From a virus: a stretch of DNA of 35,622 nucleotides. Below, piece after piece: positions 1 through 10,203 of the stretch (position 1 is its first letter; every line of letters starts with the position of its first letter). The position numbers were made by a program, and so were the translations under genes. The notes beneath the pieces were generated by a model. The model saw only the letters and a list, made by a program, of their open reading frames with translations, was not told the DNA's origin and searched no databases. The stretch is taken from positions 1-35,622 of the IMG/VR virus record IMGVR_UViG_3300045912_000521; one strand, 5' to 3'.

Positions 1-127
1 TGCTTTGATTGGCATGGGTGCAGCAGCCGGCTACAGCGCATTATCTCGTACCGATTTAGGCGCGCAGCGCAATCTACAAGCGGCGCCGGGTCAGTTGGCC
101 ACGGTTGCGGCTTATTACTCCGGCCGT
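1..127. repeat. Terminal overlap: 1-127 is identical to 35496-35622, the signature of a circular contig
   Basis: Compared base by base. tgctttgattggcatggg...tactccggccgt occurs at both ends. The repeat lies inside one continuous ORF and preserves its frame. Confidence 0.9.
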
Positions 128-1351
128 TATGGTTTATTTGGTTCTGAAGAACGTGGACAGCAGTGGGCGCTGATGATCGGCCAGCTGACGGGAGTAATTG
201 AGAAACATGCCGAAGCGGCACAACGTGATACACTGGCAACCCAACAGCAATTGGACGCGTTTGCAGCCTATGAACAAGCCCAGCAGCAGCGTACTGAGTA
301 TGAAAGGCGGGCACAGGTAGAGCGCAACCAGATTGTCGCCGAATTTGCTGCTCAACGGGTTGAAATCGAACGCAATTATGAAAATAATCGAAAATCTCTG
401 CTTGCTCAATATGCCGAACAGCGTATACGTCTGATGCGTGATTTTACCCGTACCGAACGGCAGGCGGAGCAGGATTATTATCAAAACAGGCTCAAGTTGT
501 CTCAAAATTATCAGATTGACGTTCAGCGAGCAGAAGAAGATCATCAACGCCGAATGCGTCAGATACGCGTCGAACACGATGAACGGTTACAAGAATTAAT
601 TGAAAATCGAGACGCATTGGGTATTATTCGTGAAAAGCGATCTTACGAACGTCGGCGACAGGAAGAAGAAGAGACATATCAGATACAAGCCGCGCGTCGG
701 TCGGGGGATTTTGCTCGTCAAATACAGGAAATGGAAAGCCAGTTTGCTATACAGCGCCAGCGCCGTTTGGAGGATTATCGGCTGCAACTTGATGATATGA
801 CTGAACAGCACCGACAACGTATGGTGCAATTGGCTGCGCAGCGGACAGAGGAACTGAAACGATTAGATGAGCAACAGAGCAAGCGATTGCAACAGTTTGA
901 TCGCCAGTATCAAAATGAATTACAACAATTGCGCAATGCTGAGCAAAATAGACTCAATGTATTGCGAATGCTGGCATTGAATGATCAAGCCTTATTGCAA
1001 AAAACTGGTGCGGAGCTTACGGCACGATACAAAAACTGGTTGGAACAACAAGTACGAGGCTTTTTGGATACAAAACCGCAACGGCGTGCATCGGGGGGGC
1101 TGGTCAATGCCTGGCAGCCATATTTGGTAGGTGAGCAGGGACCGGAATTATTTGTGCCTGGAATTAGCGGTACGATTGTGCCAAATTCATTGACGCAATC
1201 TATGCTTACGAATACTCAGTATGGAAGGGGGGAAAGGGTTATTAATATGCGGGTGGAAACAAACAATCTCACGCTGAATCAGGTGCTGCGAGAAGTGGAA
1301 CGGCTGTTGGATCGTCATGACCGAAATCTGTCTCGCGCATTGGGAGGGTGA
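2..1351 (+). CDS. Tape measure protein, C-terminal part (joined protein about 698 aa)
   Basis: Position 5 equals position 35500, which is in the same frame as the ATG at 34750. There is a long Q/E/R-rich coiled-coil region (QRTEYERRAQVERNQ...). TGA at 1349-1351. Confidence 0.85.
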   Translation, partial: ALIGMGAAAGYSALSRTDLGAQRNLQAAPGQLATVAAYYSGRYGLFGSEERGQQWALMIGQLTGVIEKHAEAAQRDTLATQQQLDAFAAYEQAQQQRTEYERRAQVERNQIVAEFAAQRVEIERNYENNRKSLLAQYAEQRIRLMRDFTRTERQAEQDYYQNRLKLSQNYQIDVQRAEEDHQRRMRQIRVEHDERLQELIENRDALGIIREKRSYERRRQEEEETYQIQAARRSGDFARQIQEMESQFAIQRQRRLEDYRLQLDDMTEQHRQRMVQLAAQRTEELKRLDEQQSKRLQQFDRQYQNELQQLRNAEQNRLNVLRMLALNDQALLQKTGAELTARYKNWLEQQVRGFLDTKPQRRASGGLVNAWQPYLVGEQGPELFVPGISGTIVPNSLTQSMLTNTQYGRGERVINMRVETNNLTLNQVLREVERLLDRHDRNLSRALGG

Positions 1352-1352
1352 C

Positions 1353-1730
1353 ATGGCAGATTTCAGAATTGGGACTACGCAGGCAAATATGACGAATATC
1401 GAGCTGTTGCCTGTACCATTGCCTGTTCCGCGTTCCATATTTCGTGATTTTTCCGAAGCAGTTGTTGCAGCAAGCGGGCGGTCGTATGGTCGTGGTTTGC
1501 CGGTTTGTAAATGGGTATTTGCTATGTTAACTTCGGCGCAGCGGCAACAATTGAAATCCTACTGTATTGGATTGTCAGCAGTGGTGTATATCCGCACATT
1601 GGTCAATGATGATCAGTACTACAACTATCGTGCGATTATGCACTGGCCAATTGATGAAGAGCGTGATGCTTCTAAACGCCGGGATAGACTTGAATTTGAA
1701 ATTGAATTTACCCATCTGGAAAAACTATGA
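1353..1730 (+). CDS. Small tail protein of 125 aa, in the minor or distal tail position
   Basis: ATG at 1353 follows GGGAGGG, 1 nt after the tape-measure stop. The call rests on synteny only. Confidence 0.45.
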   Translation: MADFRIGTTQANMTNIELLPVPLPVPRSIFRDFSEAVVAASGRSYGRGLPVCKWVFAMLTSAQRQQLKSYCIGLSAVVYIRTLVNDDQYYNYRAIMHWPIDEERDASKRRDRLEFEIEFTHLEKL

Positions 1731-4543
1731 GCCGTGCTTTGACTTCTCAAGAATTGCAAATTCTTCGCTCTGATGGTTTAGCTGCGAAACTGCTTGCCGT
1801 TATTGATCAACCGGTTACGATATTTAGTTGTCGGGTAAATCAAAATTTTTCAAGCGGTGAACCGGTTGCACAAATTACTTATAACAATGCTAGTGGAAAT
1901 TTGAATAATGTCTTACCCGGTATGACGGTGCTGATCGGCAGTACTGCCGGTGCCTGGGATAAAGGACTGGCGCGGGTGCGGAAAACCTGGACAAGTACGA
2001 TTGCTTATATCAATGAAACAGCCGAAATTGAATGGTCGAATGGGCTTTACCTGACGGTGATTGATGAGTTTTCAATTTGGCCGCGGCATTTGCGGATGAT
2101 TGGCGAAACGCCATATATGGATTACGATATTCCATACAGTAATCAACACAGCAATTTTGATCCGATTGTTGTGATGGGACCAGATCGAGTCATTAGACTG
2201 AGTAGTGGGGGGGTGAATATTAATCTGGACGCGTCACAATCGTGGGTGTTTGATAGCACGATTACTCAGTACAATTGGGGAATTGTGAGTGGCAGCGGAA
2301 CATTAACAAATACAAATACCGCAATGCCAATTTTGACTGTAACTGTTGCGGGGCGGATTGTTTTGAAGTGCACTGTAACGGCGGCTAATGGGAAGAGCAG
2401 TACAGGTTATCGAACGATATATGTTTATGATGACAACACAATATTGACGGAAGTGCAATTAGACAACCTATCTGGTAGTTTGGATCAGGGTGGGTATGAA
2501 TTTAGCGTATCAATACCGAAATCGGTTTCGGTTGCACCGCGAGATTATTTGAAAATTATTTTATTTACCGAAGACTATCCACAACCCATTGGTTCTGTTA
2601 GTGGTGCAGAGAATATACTGGCTATCGGTTGGCTGGATGAAAGAGAATGTGTGATAGATGAACAAAGCGGCCAAAGTCAGTTAACTGCCAGGGGTGCGCA
2701 ATACTGGCTGGGGCAAATGATGGCTTTCCCGGCTGGTTTGGAGAACACAAATGGTACTCCAAAACAATGGACACAAATACAGGGATTGACAGTTGACAAA
2801 GCAATCTGGCATTTGTTGTATTGGCGCAGTACGCTGCCAAATTGTGTGGATGTCATATTGAGTGGAGACACTCGAATTGCGCCGGTGTTTAGGGCAGTAG
2901 GAACTTTGTGGCAGCAAATCAAATTGATTGCCGAAGAAAGTATCCTGGCAACGCCATTTTGCGATTCATATAATCGTTTTCTTTTGCAGATACATCCCAA
3001 CTTTCGGAATGCTGCTGCCAGAACAAATATTCCGATAATCATGTCGCTTTCAAAGGACGATTATGAGTCTATCGAAATATCAATTCGAAGCACAAATGTA
3101 GCGCAATATGAAGTTTCCGGCATTGGCCAAAACAATGAGCCAATTCTGGCTAAATCACCCGGTAAAGTTTTTGGGCGTTTCGGTCAGATACTCAGTAAAG
3201 AAGGACTTCTGTTCAGTAACAATCAAAATGCTTTGGAAACGGCCGGTTTGCTATTTACTCGTGAGAAACGGTTGTATGATTTTACAATTCATCTTATAAG
3301 TCCAAATAGGGTAATTAGTTTAGTGCCGTTTGGATTTTTATCTCTAGTAATAAATGAAGCGGATACACCAGCGAAGATAACTTTTTCTGGCAATGTCATT
3401 CCATATCGTGTTGAATATAGTTTTTCAAATGGGATATTGAAGCAAACGGTTTTTGCTGAACCAGAAGTGTTTCCAAGCATTGCTCAAAATATTATTGTGC
3501 CTGCGACACCGATTGTTGGCACACCTGAATTTTCTTTGCCGGATTTTGAGTTACCCACCTGGCCGGCATTGACGCCGGGGCGATTTTCGCCGCCTCTGAT
3601 ACCAGGTGATGACCCGCTGCCGCCGGAGGAAGGTGCGACTTGTCCGGTGAACGCTCTGGCAAACGGTCCGTTTATCTGGTCGTTGTTTTATACGCTGGTT
3701 GGGAACAGCACATATCGAGTCAATATACCGATTAAGGCTGTAATTCGATCTAGCAGCCATGATAACAAAACAGTATGGGGTATTCGGGGGCGATTTTTGA
3801 AACTGAACAGTGTTACCAACGTGTGGGAAGAAACGAACGAAAACGCGTTTTACAACATCTATGCTTACAACAGTGCCGGTCAGCGTGTGGCAACGGGTTT
3901 GAAAGATACTGTCACAGATTTACGATACCGTACCGGCACATTTCAACCGCCGGCAGCTACTGAGATTGCGTATGTTGGGGTAGAGATCGAGGCAGATTTG
4001 TTGCGGCCAACCAGTACACCTTACGCTTGGATAAGACTGAATCATTTTTGGGATGATTGGACAATTATCAATCCTGAATTTTCATGGGGATATTTCGGGG
4101 CGGGTATTTGGGCTTATGCTAAAAATGGTATGGCTTCACCAAATTACTCTTGGGAATGCGATTTATTGATTTGGATTGGGGGAGTTGAATTACTGAATGT
4201 ACCGTTAATAATCGAACAGCATGTATTTGCCTATCGGCCAGTTGACAAAAGCTTCAATACGGTCAGAGGCAAATTGCTTACGGACTGGTTGGGCTGGACA
4301 GATCTATGGCTAGTTGAATTAACTGAAAACCCATTTGCTACTCCAAAATGGCTATGGGAAAAAGGGAAAACAAGTTATGTAAATGGACGTAATGGAAACA
4401 ACGTGGACGCGGTTTTTGGTATCAATAATCCAGGTCAAATCTTTATGAATCAATTCATTTATGTCTGGCGGCAAGCCCGTTACAAAATCGAGTTGCAAAC
4501 TATTGAACTGTGGAATGTCTGTCCTGCGCCGAAGGAGGATTGA
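1727..4543 (+). CDS. Large tail-tip or baseplate protein (938 aa)
   Basis: ATGA overlap with the upstream gene. The call rests on its size and its position after the tape measure. There is an Ig/PKD-like stretch (ITQYNWGIVSGSGTLTNTNTAMPILTVTVAGRIVLKCTVTAANGKSSTGY). Confidence 0.6.
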   Translation: MSRALTSQELQILRSDGLAAKLLAVIDQPVTIFSCRVNQNFSSGEPVAQITYNNASGNLNNVLPGMTVLIGSTAGAWDKGLARVRKTWTSTIAYINETAEIEWSNGLYLTVIDEFSIWPRHLRMIGETPYMDYDIPYSNQHSNFDPIVVMGPDRVIRLSSGGVNINLDASQSWVFDSTITQYNWGIVSGSGTLTNTNTAMPILTVTVAGRIVLKCTVTAANGKSSTGYRTIYVYDDNTILTEVQLDNLSGSLDQGGYEFSVSIPKSVSVAPRDYLKIILFTEDYPQPIGSVSGAENILAIGWLDERECVIDEQSGQSQLTARGAQYWLGQMMAFPAGLENTNGTPKQWTQIQGLTVDKAIWHLLYWRSTLPNCVDVILSGDTRIAPVFRAVGTLWQQIKLIAEESILATPFCDSYNRFLLQIHPNFRNAAARTNIPIIMSLSKDDYESIEISIRSTNVAQYEVSGIGQNNEPILAKSPGKVFGRFGQILSKEGLLFSNNQNALETAGLLFTREKRLYDFTIHLISPNRVISLVPFGFLSLVINEADTPAKITFSGNVIPYRVEYSFSNGILKQTVFAEPEVFPSIAQNIIVPATPIVGTPEFSLPDFELPTWPALTPGRFSPPLIPGDDPLPPEEGATCPVNALANGPFIWSLFYTLVGNSTYRVNIPIKAVIRSSSHDNKTVWGIRGRFLKLNSVTNVWEETNENAFYNIYAYNSAGQRVATGLKDTVTDLRYRTGTFQPPAATEIAYVGVEIEADLLRPTSTPYAWIRLNHFWDDWTIINPEFSWGYFGAGIWAYAKNGMASPNYSWECDLLIWIGGVELLNVPLIIEQHVFAYRPVDKSFNTVRGKLLTDWLGWTDLWLVELTENPFATPKWLWEKGKTSYVNGRNGNNVDAVFGINNPGQIFMNQFIYVWRQARYKIELQTIELWNVCPAPKED

Positions 4544-6426
4544 TGACCGATTTGCGTGATGCGCTGGCAAAGCTGGTTGAAAACAAACAGGATGCCATTA
4601 CTGTTTATCCGGCGAGACTTGGAGATGGTTCTGGCAGGGTAATTGCCGGTGCAGGGCTGGTATATGTGCGTGTCGCCGATACGGTTACCATTGCGGTCTG
4701 TGCCAGTGTGCCGCCGATTCATGATTTGAATGTCTGGATTGGCTATGATCCAATTCAACCCAACATTTTGCGTGTCATCAGTCAACGCGATATAACCGGT
4801 AAGCAGGAATTTGCACCGGGGGTTTCGGCACATGCAGCGATGCATGAATTTATGGGAGCGGGATCACTCGGTGGTACGGATGTAGTCAAAGTACAGTTGC
4901 AGCAGTTTATGCCGCTGGCAGTCTGGCCGTATCAGGGGTTAAAAGTCATTATTTATCCCGGCGTTGTCTGGCTTGATACTCAGTACAAACTGATTGCTGA
5001 TACCAATCCATACGGCAAACCTGTACCAAAGGTTATTGATTTTGCTGAGTATCCATCGCCAAGTATTAACAAAGAAATGTATTACCTGATCGGCATTGAT
5101 AACACAGGTAATATCCAGGTGATCGGTGGCAATCAGGTAGATTGGGGGACGATTACACTAGCCGATATACCCGCTGTACCGGCTGGGATGAAATATCCAT
5201 TGGCAGCGGTACGGCGTGCATTTGAACAGGATGCAATTGTCATTAATCGAGAATCAACGGATATTGTTGACTTGCGCTTTCCGCTGGCACACAAGCATAC
5301 AGAGAACGATTTACCCAATAATGCTTTGAAAATTGGCGGGTATCCTGTGGACGTCAGCGGATTGACTGTGGGCAATACGTTGGTCTTCGATGGGACAAAA
5401 TTTGCACCGGGCGATGCCGTTGGTGGCAGTGGCGGAATACACTGGTACGTGGATGGATATCTTGAATCTGACAGTGTAATTGTTCGCTCTTATGTTGCGC
5501 CGCGAGATATGACCATCCGCAAAGTTTTTATGATGTTAGAGCAATTGGGAACAAGCGGAAACACTACGATTGACATTAAGAAGAACGGCACAACGATTTT
5601 TACCAATCCGACCAGCAAGCCGTCATTAGCGTACAACGCAAGCAACAGCGTAACAAGTGTAGTACCAGATGTAGTCAACGTGAGCGAAGGAGATATATTG
5701 ACGCTACACATAGACAGTGCAGCGGTTGGCGCAGAGGGATTAAATGTCATTGTTGATATTGGAAGCAGCAGCAGTAGTAGTGGTAGCAGCGGTTTTGATG
5801 TTGGGCTCGACTCACCAGTAAACTGGCCAATTTCCCCATACAACGAGGAGTTCGACGATCCGTTATCAAGTGAATGGATGGCAGTTAATCTAGGAAGCAA
5901 TACATACACCGTTGCGAATAGCGCGCTGATTGTGAATATGGCCGAAACGAGCAGTAGTAATGGACGTGGTGTTGTGAAGCCTATACCACCCGGATACTGG
6001 CGTTGTTATGCAAAAGTCGGGTTATCGGCCAGGTCACAGGGCAGTGCGTCTGATTGGGTGGCCTCTGGTGTCTTTTTGTACGATCAGAATAGTGGGCGTC
6101 TTTGTGTGCTTATCAACAATCGCAGTTATCAAAACAATGCGTTGAATATAAACGTAGAACTTTGGAATAGTTTTACTTCGTGGAACAGCAATCCCGTTAC
6201 AAACGAAAGAATGCAGTATTTCCACCCATATCTCATGGTGGCAAAAAAGTCCACCGGATGGGATTTTGGAATTTCTTATGATGGCGTTGCTTTTTGTATG
6301 ATATTGGATGATTACAATCTGACATTTCTGACGCCAACTCATATTGGATTGTTTTGTAATGCAGTAATTGGCTCAACATCCAAAAGCGTCCACACCATGC
6401 ACTGGATGCGTTTCGAGATTTTGTGA
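4543..6426 (+). CDS. Tail fibre or receptor-binding protein (627 aa)
   Basis: AGGAGG then ATG at 4543, overlapping the upstream TGA. It has a poly-Ser/Gly linker (SSSSSSGSSG) followed by a C-terminal globular domain. It lies within the tail module. Confidence 0.5.
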   Translation: MTDLRDALAKLVENKQDAITVYPARLGDGSGRVIAGAGLVYVRVADTVTIAVCASVPPIHDLNVWIGYDPIQPNILRVISQRDITGKQEFAPGVSAHAAMHEFMGAGSLGGTDVVKVQLQQFMPLAVWPYQGLKVIIYPGVVWLDTQYKLIADTNPYGKPVPKVIDFAEYPSPSINKEMYYLIGIDNTGNIQVIGGNQVDWGTITLADIPAVPAGMKYPLAAVRRAFEQDAIVINRESTDIVDLRFPLAHKHTENDLPNNALKIGGYPVDVSGLTVGNTLVFDGTKFAPGDAVGGSGGIHWYVDGYLESDSVIVRSYVAPRDMTIRKVFMMLEQLGTSGNTTIDIKKNGTTIFTNPTSKPSLAYNASNSVTSVVPDVVNVSEGDILTLHIDSAAVGAEGLNVIVDIGSSSSSSGSSGFDVGLDSPVNWPISPYNEEFDDPLSSEWMAVNLGSNTYTVANSALIVNMAETSSSNGRGVVKPIPPGYWRCYAKVGLSARSQGSASDWVASGVFLYDQNSGRLCVLINNRSYQNNALNINVELWNSFTSWNSNPVTNERMQYFHPYLMVAKKSTGWDFGISYDGVAFCMILDDYNLTFLTPTHIGLFCNAVIGSTSKSVHTMHWMRFEIL

Positions 6427-6433
6427 GGTGACT

Positions 6434-7636
6434 ATGAAGATTAACGACCAGCAATTTGGACGACCACAAATACTTTACAAAGCAACCAAAGCACAGATTG
6501 AGGCTACGCCAAACCCGCAGCCTGGTATGATTGCATTTGCAACAGACACCAATCAGATTGGCATTTATACCGGCGGCGGCTGGCAGTGGGGAACTGGCGG
6601 AGGCGATATGCTTAAGGCGATTTACGACACAGACAATGACGGAGTAGTAGACGCCGCCGAGAGTGTAGATTGGGACGGAGTGCAAAATAAGCCGTCAACC
6701 TACCCGCCGTCCAGCCACAATCACGATGACCGATACTATACGGAAGATGAATTGAACACCAGTGGTGGTGGTGGTCAAGTGCATTGGAATAACGTTACCA
6801 CCAAGCCAAGCACTTACCCGCCAAGCGCTCATCAGCACGCCGCCAGTGACACAACCAGCGGAGTATTTGACCCGGCGCGTATCCCGAACCTGGATGCCAG
6901 TAAAATTACCAGCGGCACGCTGAGCACGGACAGGTTTTCGGCGTACAGCGATTTGCAGGCGGAAAGCCGTATCGGCATGGGTATCGGGTTAATGCCCACA
7001 GGTACAGAGTTGCGCCGTGCGCTCAATCAATCGTCTGATATTACAGAAGATTTTACTGGCTCATCTATGCCGTCCGGCTGGTCATGGGCAGGCAGTCCAT
7101 TTGTGACACCGCCAACGGTTGATTATGCTGTTGTGGGCACTCTGTTGCGCGCACGCAGTTATACCAGTGCGTTTCGCTCGTTCTTATTCAAATCAGCGCC
7201 GAATCTATATGCTTATTCAATTCTGTGCGGTTTCGAGGTTGGGACTCAAACCGGTGCTTATGCTGGTGTGCGACTCGACGACGGGACGGACAATAATTAT
7301 GTCGAAGTGGTCTGGTGGAACGTATGGAGTGCAAGCGAGCCCAATATACGCGTGTACTTACGCCAGCGCACTGGGGGCGGTGCGGTCGTAGAAACGGAGA
7401 TGACCAATATGCGTCAAACAATGCCATTAACGTTTACGCGGTTAACGGTTGTGGCAAATGGTACACGCTGGTCAAGTTGGCAACCAGGGGTGCGGCTGGA
7501 TAATCAGTACTTTAGACTGTCTGGATATAGCACCGGCTCAACCGTATCATGGACACCAAGTCGCGCTGGCGTGATTTTTGGCGCGCCGTCCGCGCAGGAC
7601 TGGATGGTGTGGGGCGTTGACGCAGTGGCATTCTGA
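6434..7636 (+). CDS. Tail fibre protein (400 aa)
   Basis: GAGGTG then ATG at 6434. The peptide KPSTYPPS-x-H-x-H is duplicated (SSHNH and SAHQH), an HxH metal-site type of fibre repeat. The fibre motif IPNLDASKITSGTLSTDRF is present. Confidence 0.75.
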   Translation: MKINDQQFGRPQILYKATKAQIEATPNPQPGMIAFATDTNQIGIYTGGGWQWGTGGGDMLKAIYDTDNDGVVDAAESVDWDGVQNKPSTYPPSSHNHDDRYYTEDELNTSGGGGQVHWNNVTTKPSTYPPSAHQHAASDTTSGVFDPARIPNLDASKITSGTLSTDRFSAYSDLQAESRIGMGIGLMPTGTELRRALNQSSDITEDFTGSSMPSGWSWAGSPFVTPPTVDYAVVGTLLRARSYTSAFRSFLFKSAPNLYAYSILCGFEVGTQTGAYAGVRLDDGTDNNYVEVVWWNVWSASEPNIRVYLRQRTGGGAVVETEMTNMRQTMPLTFTRLTVVANGTRWSSWQPGVRLDNQYFRLSGYSTGSTVSWTPSRAGVIFGAPSAQDWMVWGVDAVAF

Positions 7637-7688
7637 CGGAGCGGAGTTGGAAAAAGCGTCACAAAATGCGCAAGATACACCTCAAGCG

Positions 7689-7937
7689 ATGATGATTGAC
7701 GGAAAAATTTACGAAGTGACAAAAGAAGAACCTCGCCTGACGGAAAAGTCCAGGTGGGTGCTTATCCGCCAGAAGCGAAATCAGTTACTTGCCGAGTGCG
7801 ACTGGACGCAGATACCCGATGTACCGCTGGACGAAAAGCAGCGCGAAGCGTGGCGGAAGTACCGTCAGGCACTGCGGGACATACCACATCGGTTTGAAAA
7901 AGCAGATGACGTGACTTGGCCGAAGAGGTCGTCATAG
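7689..7937 (+). CDS. Tail fibre assembly chaperone-like protein (82 aa)
   Basis: RNQLLAECDWTQIPDVPLDEKQREAWRKYRQALRDIP matches the Tfa-type chaperone pattern. It lies directly after the fibre gene. The start is ambiguous, with a TTG at 7647 also possible. Confidence 0.6.
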   Translation: MMIDGKIYEVTKEEPRLTEKSRWVLIRQKRNQLLAECDWTQIPDVPLDEKQREAWRKYRQALRDIPHRFEKADDVTWPKRSS

Positions 7938-7988
7938 CCGCCAGTTATCCACCGGGTTGGACACATTAGAATGATTAGGAGTAGGAAG

Positions 7989-8840
7989 ATGGAGTGGCCA
8001 AAATCACCATTACCCGATTCCGTATATATCCCAAACGAAGCCGATAAGCGGCTGTTTGGCATTGACATTTCGGGGCATCAGGGTGCAATTGACTTTACCA
8101 AGATGTCTCAATACGCCTGGCCGAAAATACGCTTTATCGCTGCGCGGGCAACCATCAATTGGGGCTACAAAGACGCCTGGTTCAAGAGCTACTGGCGTTC
8201 GATCAAAGAGATACTCAGTATTCCTCGTGCAGCCTACGCGGTTTTGTACCCGCTGCAATCGGTCGCAAGGCAGGTTACCAACTTTGCTGAGCAGTTCGAT
8301 GCACAACGATTCGACGGTGACATTGTTGTGCCAGACATAGAACTCGATCATGGCGCAAGCCGGGCGCAAATCACGACTGCTGTGATCGAGTTTACTAATC
8401 GACTGCGCGACTGGGCAAAGAAACCGGCCATCGTTTATTCGCGCTTCACCTGGGTACAACAATTCATGGATTACCAATCTTCAAAAGCGGTCGATTTTAT
8501 TCAATCCGTGCCTTGGTGGATGGCGCAGTACCTGGCGAACCCACCGCGTGAGGATAACCGCGCGCTGGTGATTCCAAACGCGCTGAAAGGACTACGTTGG
8601 AACGTTGTCATACATCAAACCGGCGAGAAAGCGGCAGGATCGCTGTTCGGCGTTTCGAGTGCGCAGCTCGATACAAACCGCTGGCTGCTTGGAGAAGCCG
8701 AATTTAATGAACTTTGGGGCATACCCCGGGATACTGAGTATCCTGGGGCGCAACCGCAACCTATGCCGGTCGATGTGAGCGCGGAGCTGGCAGCGATCCG
8801 CGAGGCGGCGAATAGGATTGAAGCAAAGATCAAGCAATAA
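7989..8840 (+). CDS. Endolysin, glycoside hydrolase family 25 muramidase
   Basis: AGGAG lies 7 nt before the ATG at 7989. The N-terminal GIDISGHQGAIDFTKM motif is typical of GH25 lysozymes. Confidence 0.8.
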   Translation: MEWPKSPLPDSVYIPNEADKRLFGIDISGHQGAIDFTKMSQYAWPKIRFIAARATINWGYKDAWFKSYWRSIKEILSIPRAAYAVLYPLQSVARQVTNFAEQFDAQRFDGDIVVPDIELDHGASRAQITTAVIEFTNRLRDWAKKPAIVYSRFTWVQQFMDYQSSKAVDFIQSVPWWMAQYLANPPREDNRALVIPNALKGLRWNVVIHQTGEKAAGSLFGVSSAQLDTNRWLLGEAEFNELWGIPRDTEYPGAQPQPMPVDVSAELAAIREAANRIEAKIKQ

Positions 8841-9744
8841 CAAATTTACGTTTGTTTTTTGCCGTTCGCCTGGCGCTGTTGCGCAGATCTTCGCGGGATA
8901 GTTTTACGTAACGACGAATCGTTTTATCATCGCGATGGCCAATGCGCTTTTGGATGGTCAACTCTCCTTCACCAGCTCGATACATGTCCAGCACGTGCTT
9001 CCGGCGGAAGGCATGCAACATTACGGGTTCGACGCCAGCCAGTTTTGCCCGATAGATAATGACTGAGCGTAATCCATCATAGGTCAAGCGTTCTCGATAC
9101 CTGCTAATAAAAACTGCATTCGTGTCACATCTAGGGCGTACATTCAAATAGGCTTTTAGGGCTCGTTTTGTATCACGATCAAAGTCAACCGCGCGTGGAT
9201 AACCGCCCTTGCCCTTTTCTACGTACAAAACAGACAGCGGCAAATCGAGAGCGTCCAGGTCCAACATGAGCAATTCAGATGCCCGTAATCCGGTATTATC
9301 CAGCAGCATGATGATGGCTCGATCCCGGATGCCAGATTGCGTTTTATCACATGCTTTGAGGAGTGCCTCTACCGTTTCCCTGGAAACGGGATCAAGAATT
9401 TCTTCGGGAACCTTGGGCGCCTTGATTTTCCGTATTGGATTTTTCCAGTCTTTAGGCTCATACTCAGTATCATACCAGGTGAAGAATGCGTGTACAGCAC
9501 GGAAGAAGGCGTGTACGCCACCTGGCTTATGACCGGTTTTTAGTTGCAGCAGATAGTCACGAATCATTTCTTCGTCGATGGTAAAAATATCGGTCTTATC
9601 GACCCATTGACAGTAATTCACAAAATTTTCAAGTTTTTGCTTGTAAAAACGCAAAGAACCCGGCGAAAGGTTCTCGGATTCTTTAACTTTTATGAAATAT
9701 TGGGTCAGATATTTTATGGAAGTCCGCTGAGAATCGTTTCTCAT
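8830..9744 (-). CDS. int: Tyrosine recombinase / phage integrase (304 aa from the ATG at 9744)
   Basis: It has a SAM-like N-terminal domain, the C-terminal motifs HAFRRKHVLDMYRAG and GHRDDKTIRRYV (catalytic Tyr region) and RASELLML. The ORF-track extension to 9861 runs through a tRNA fragment. Confidence 0.9.
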   Translation of the reverse strand: MRNDSQRTSIKYLTQYFIKVKESENLSPGSLRFYKQKLENFVNYCQWVDKTDIFTIDEEMIRDYLLQLKTGHKPGGVHAFFRAVHAFFTWYDTEYEPKDWKNPIRKIKAPKVPEEILDPVSRETVEALLKACDKTQSGIRDRAIIMLLDNTGLRASELLMLDLDALDLPLSVLYVEKGKGGYPRAVDFDRDTKRALKAYLNVRPRCDTNAVFISRYRERLTYDGLRSVIIYRAKLAGVEPVMLHAFRRKHVLDMYRAGEGELTIQKRIGHRDDKTIRRYVKLSREDLRNSARRTAKNKRKFVIA

Positions 9745-9823
9745 TTTTATAACCGGCCTTTCATTTTGATACCCCCATATATGCCGGTTATCATCGAAAA
9801 AGAGCGCAAAACAACCAAATGTG

Positions 9824-9879
9824 TAGGGCGGGTGGGACTTGAACCCACAAGGTGTCTCCACCGGCGGATTTTAAGTCCG
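9824..9879 (-). other. attP core: the 3' part of a tRNA-Leu(UAA) gene (part of the anticodon stem, anticodon loop, long variable arm, T arm and 3' acceptor strand)
   Basis: The minus strand reads CGGA-CTTAAAA-TCCGC, then CGGTGGAGACACC, then GTGGG-TTCAAGT-CCCAC, then CCGCCCT-A. No matching 5' acceptor strand or D arm lies upstream. It is adjacent to int. Confidence 0.75.
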
Positions 9880-10203
9880 AACACCTGGTTGCTCTATATA
9901 TGGTAAAACGGCTCGTTTTGTGATGAATTTATGGCATATATGGCGGGTTGATTAAGGTTGTTTTTGGGTATCCTCTGTTTCTCACAACCATGATTTCATG
10001 ATTGAATCCCCACAAATACTCAGTATTCAGGGGGATTAACCCGGGTTTAATTCCTGATTCCTCCTTGTTTTAATATAGAACTCTTGTACTATTTTGGTAT
10101 GAAAGTGAGATTATATAGATATCGATCGGGCAGTCTGCGTGCCGTTGCGCTGGAGATTTTCGGCTGGACAATCCAGGTGCTGTGTTTTCGTGTTTTAGAT
10201 TAG

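Noticed and set aside
6434-7636. Diversity-generating retroelement acting on the tail fibre
   Set aside because: No reverse transcriptase gene is present anywhere in the genome. I saw no template/variable repeat pair. The internal repeat is the ordinary KPSTYPPSxHxH fibre repeat.
4986-8211. Absence of exact palindrome copies from the fibre module as evidence of recent horizontal acquisition
   Set aside because: At the genome average of about 1 copy per 1.5 kb, only about 2 copies are expected in 3.2 kb. Zero is therefore not statistically meaningful.
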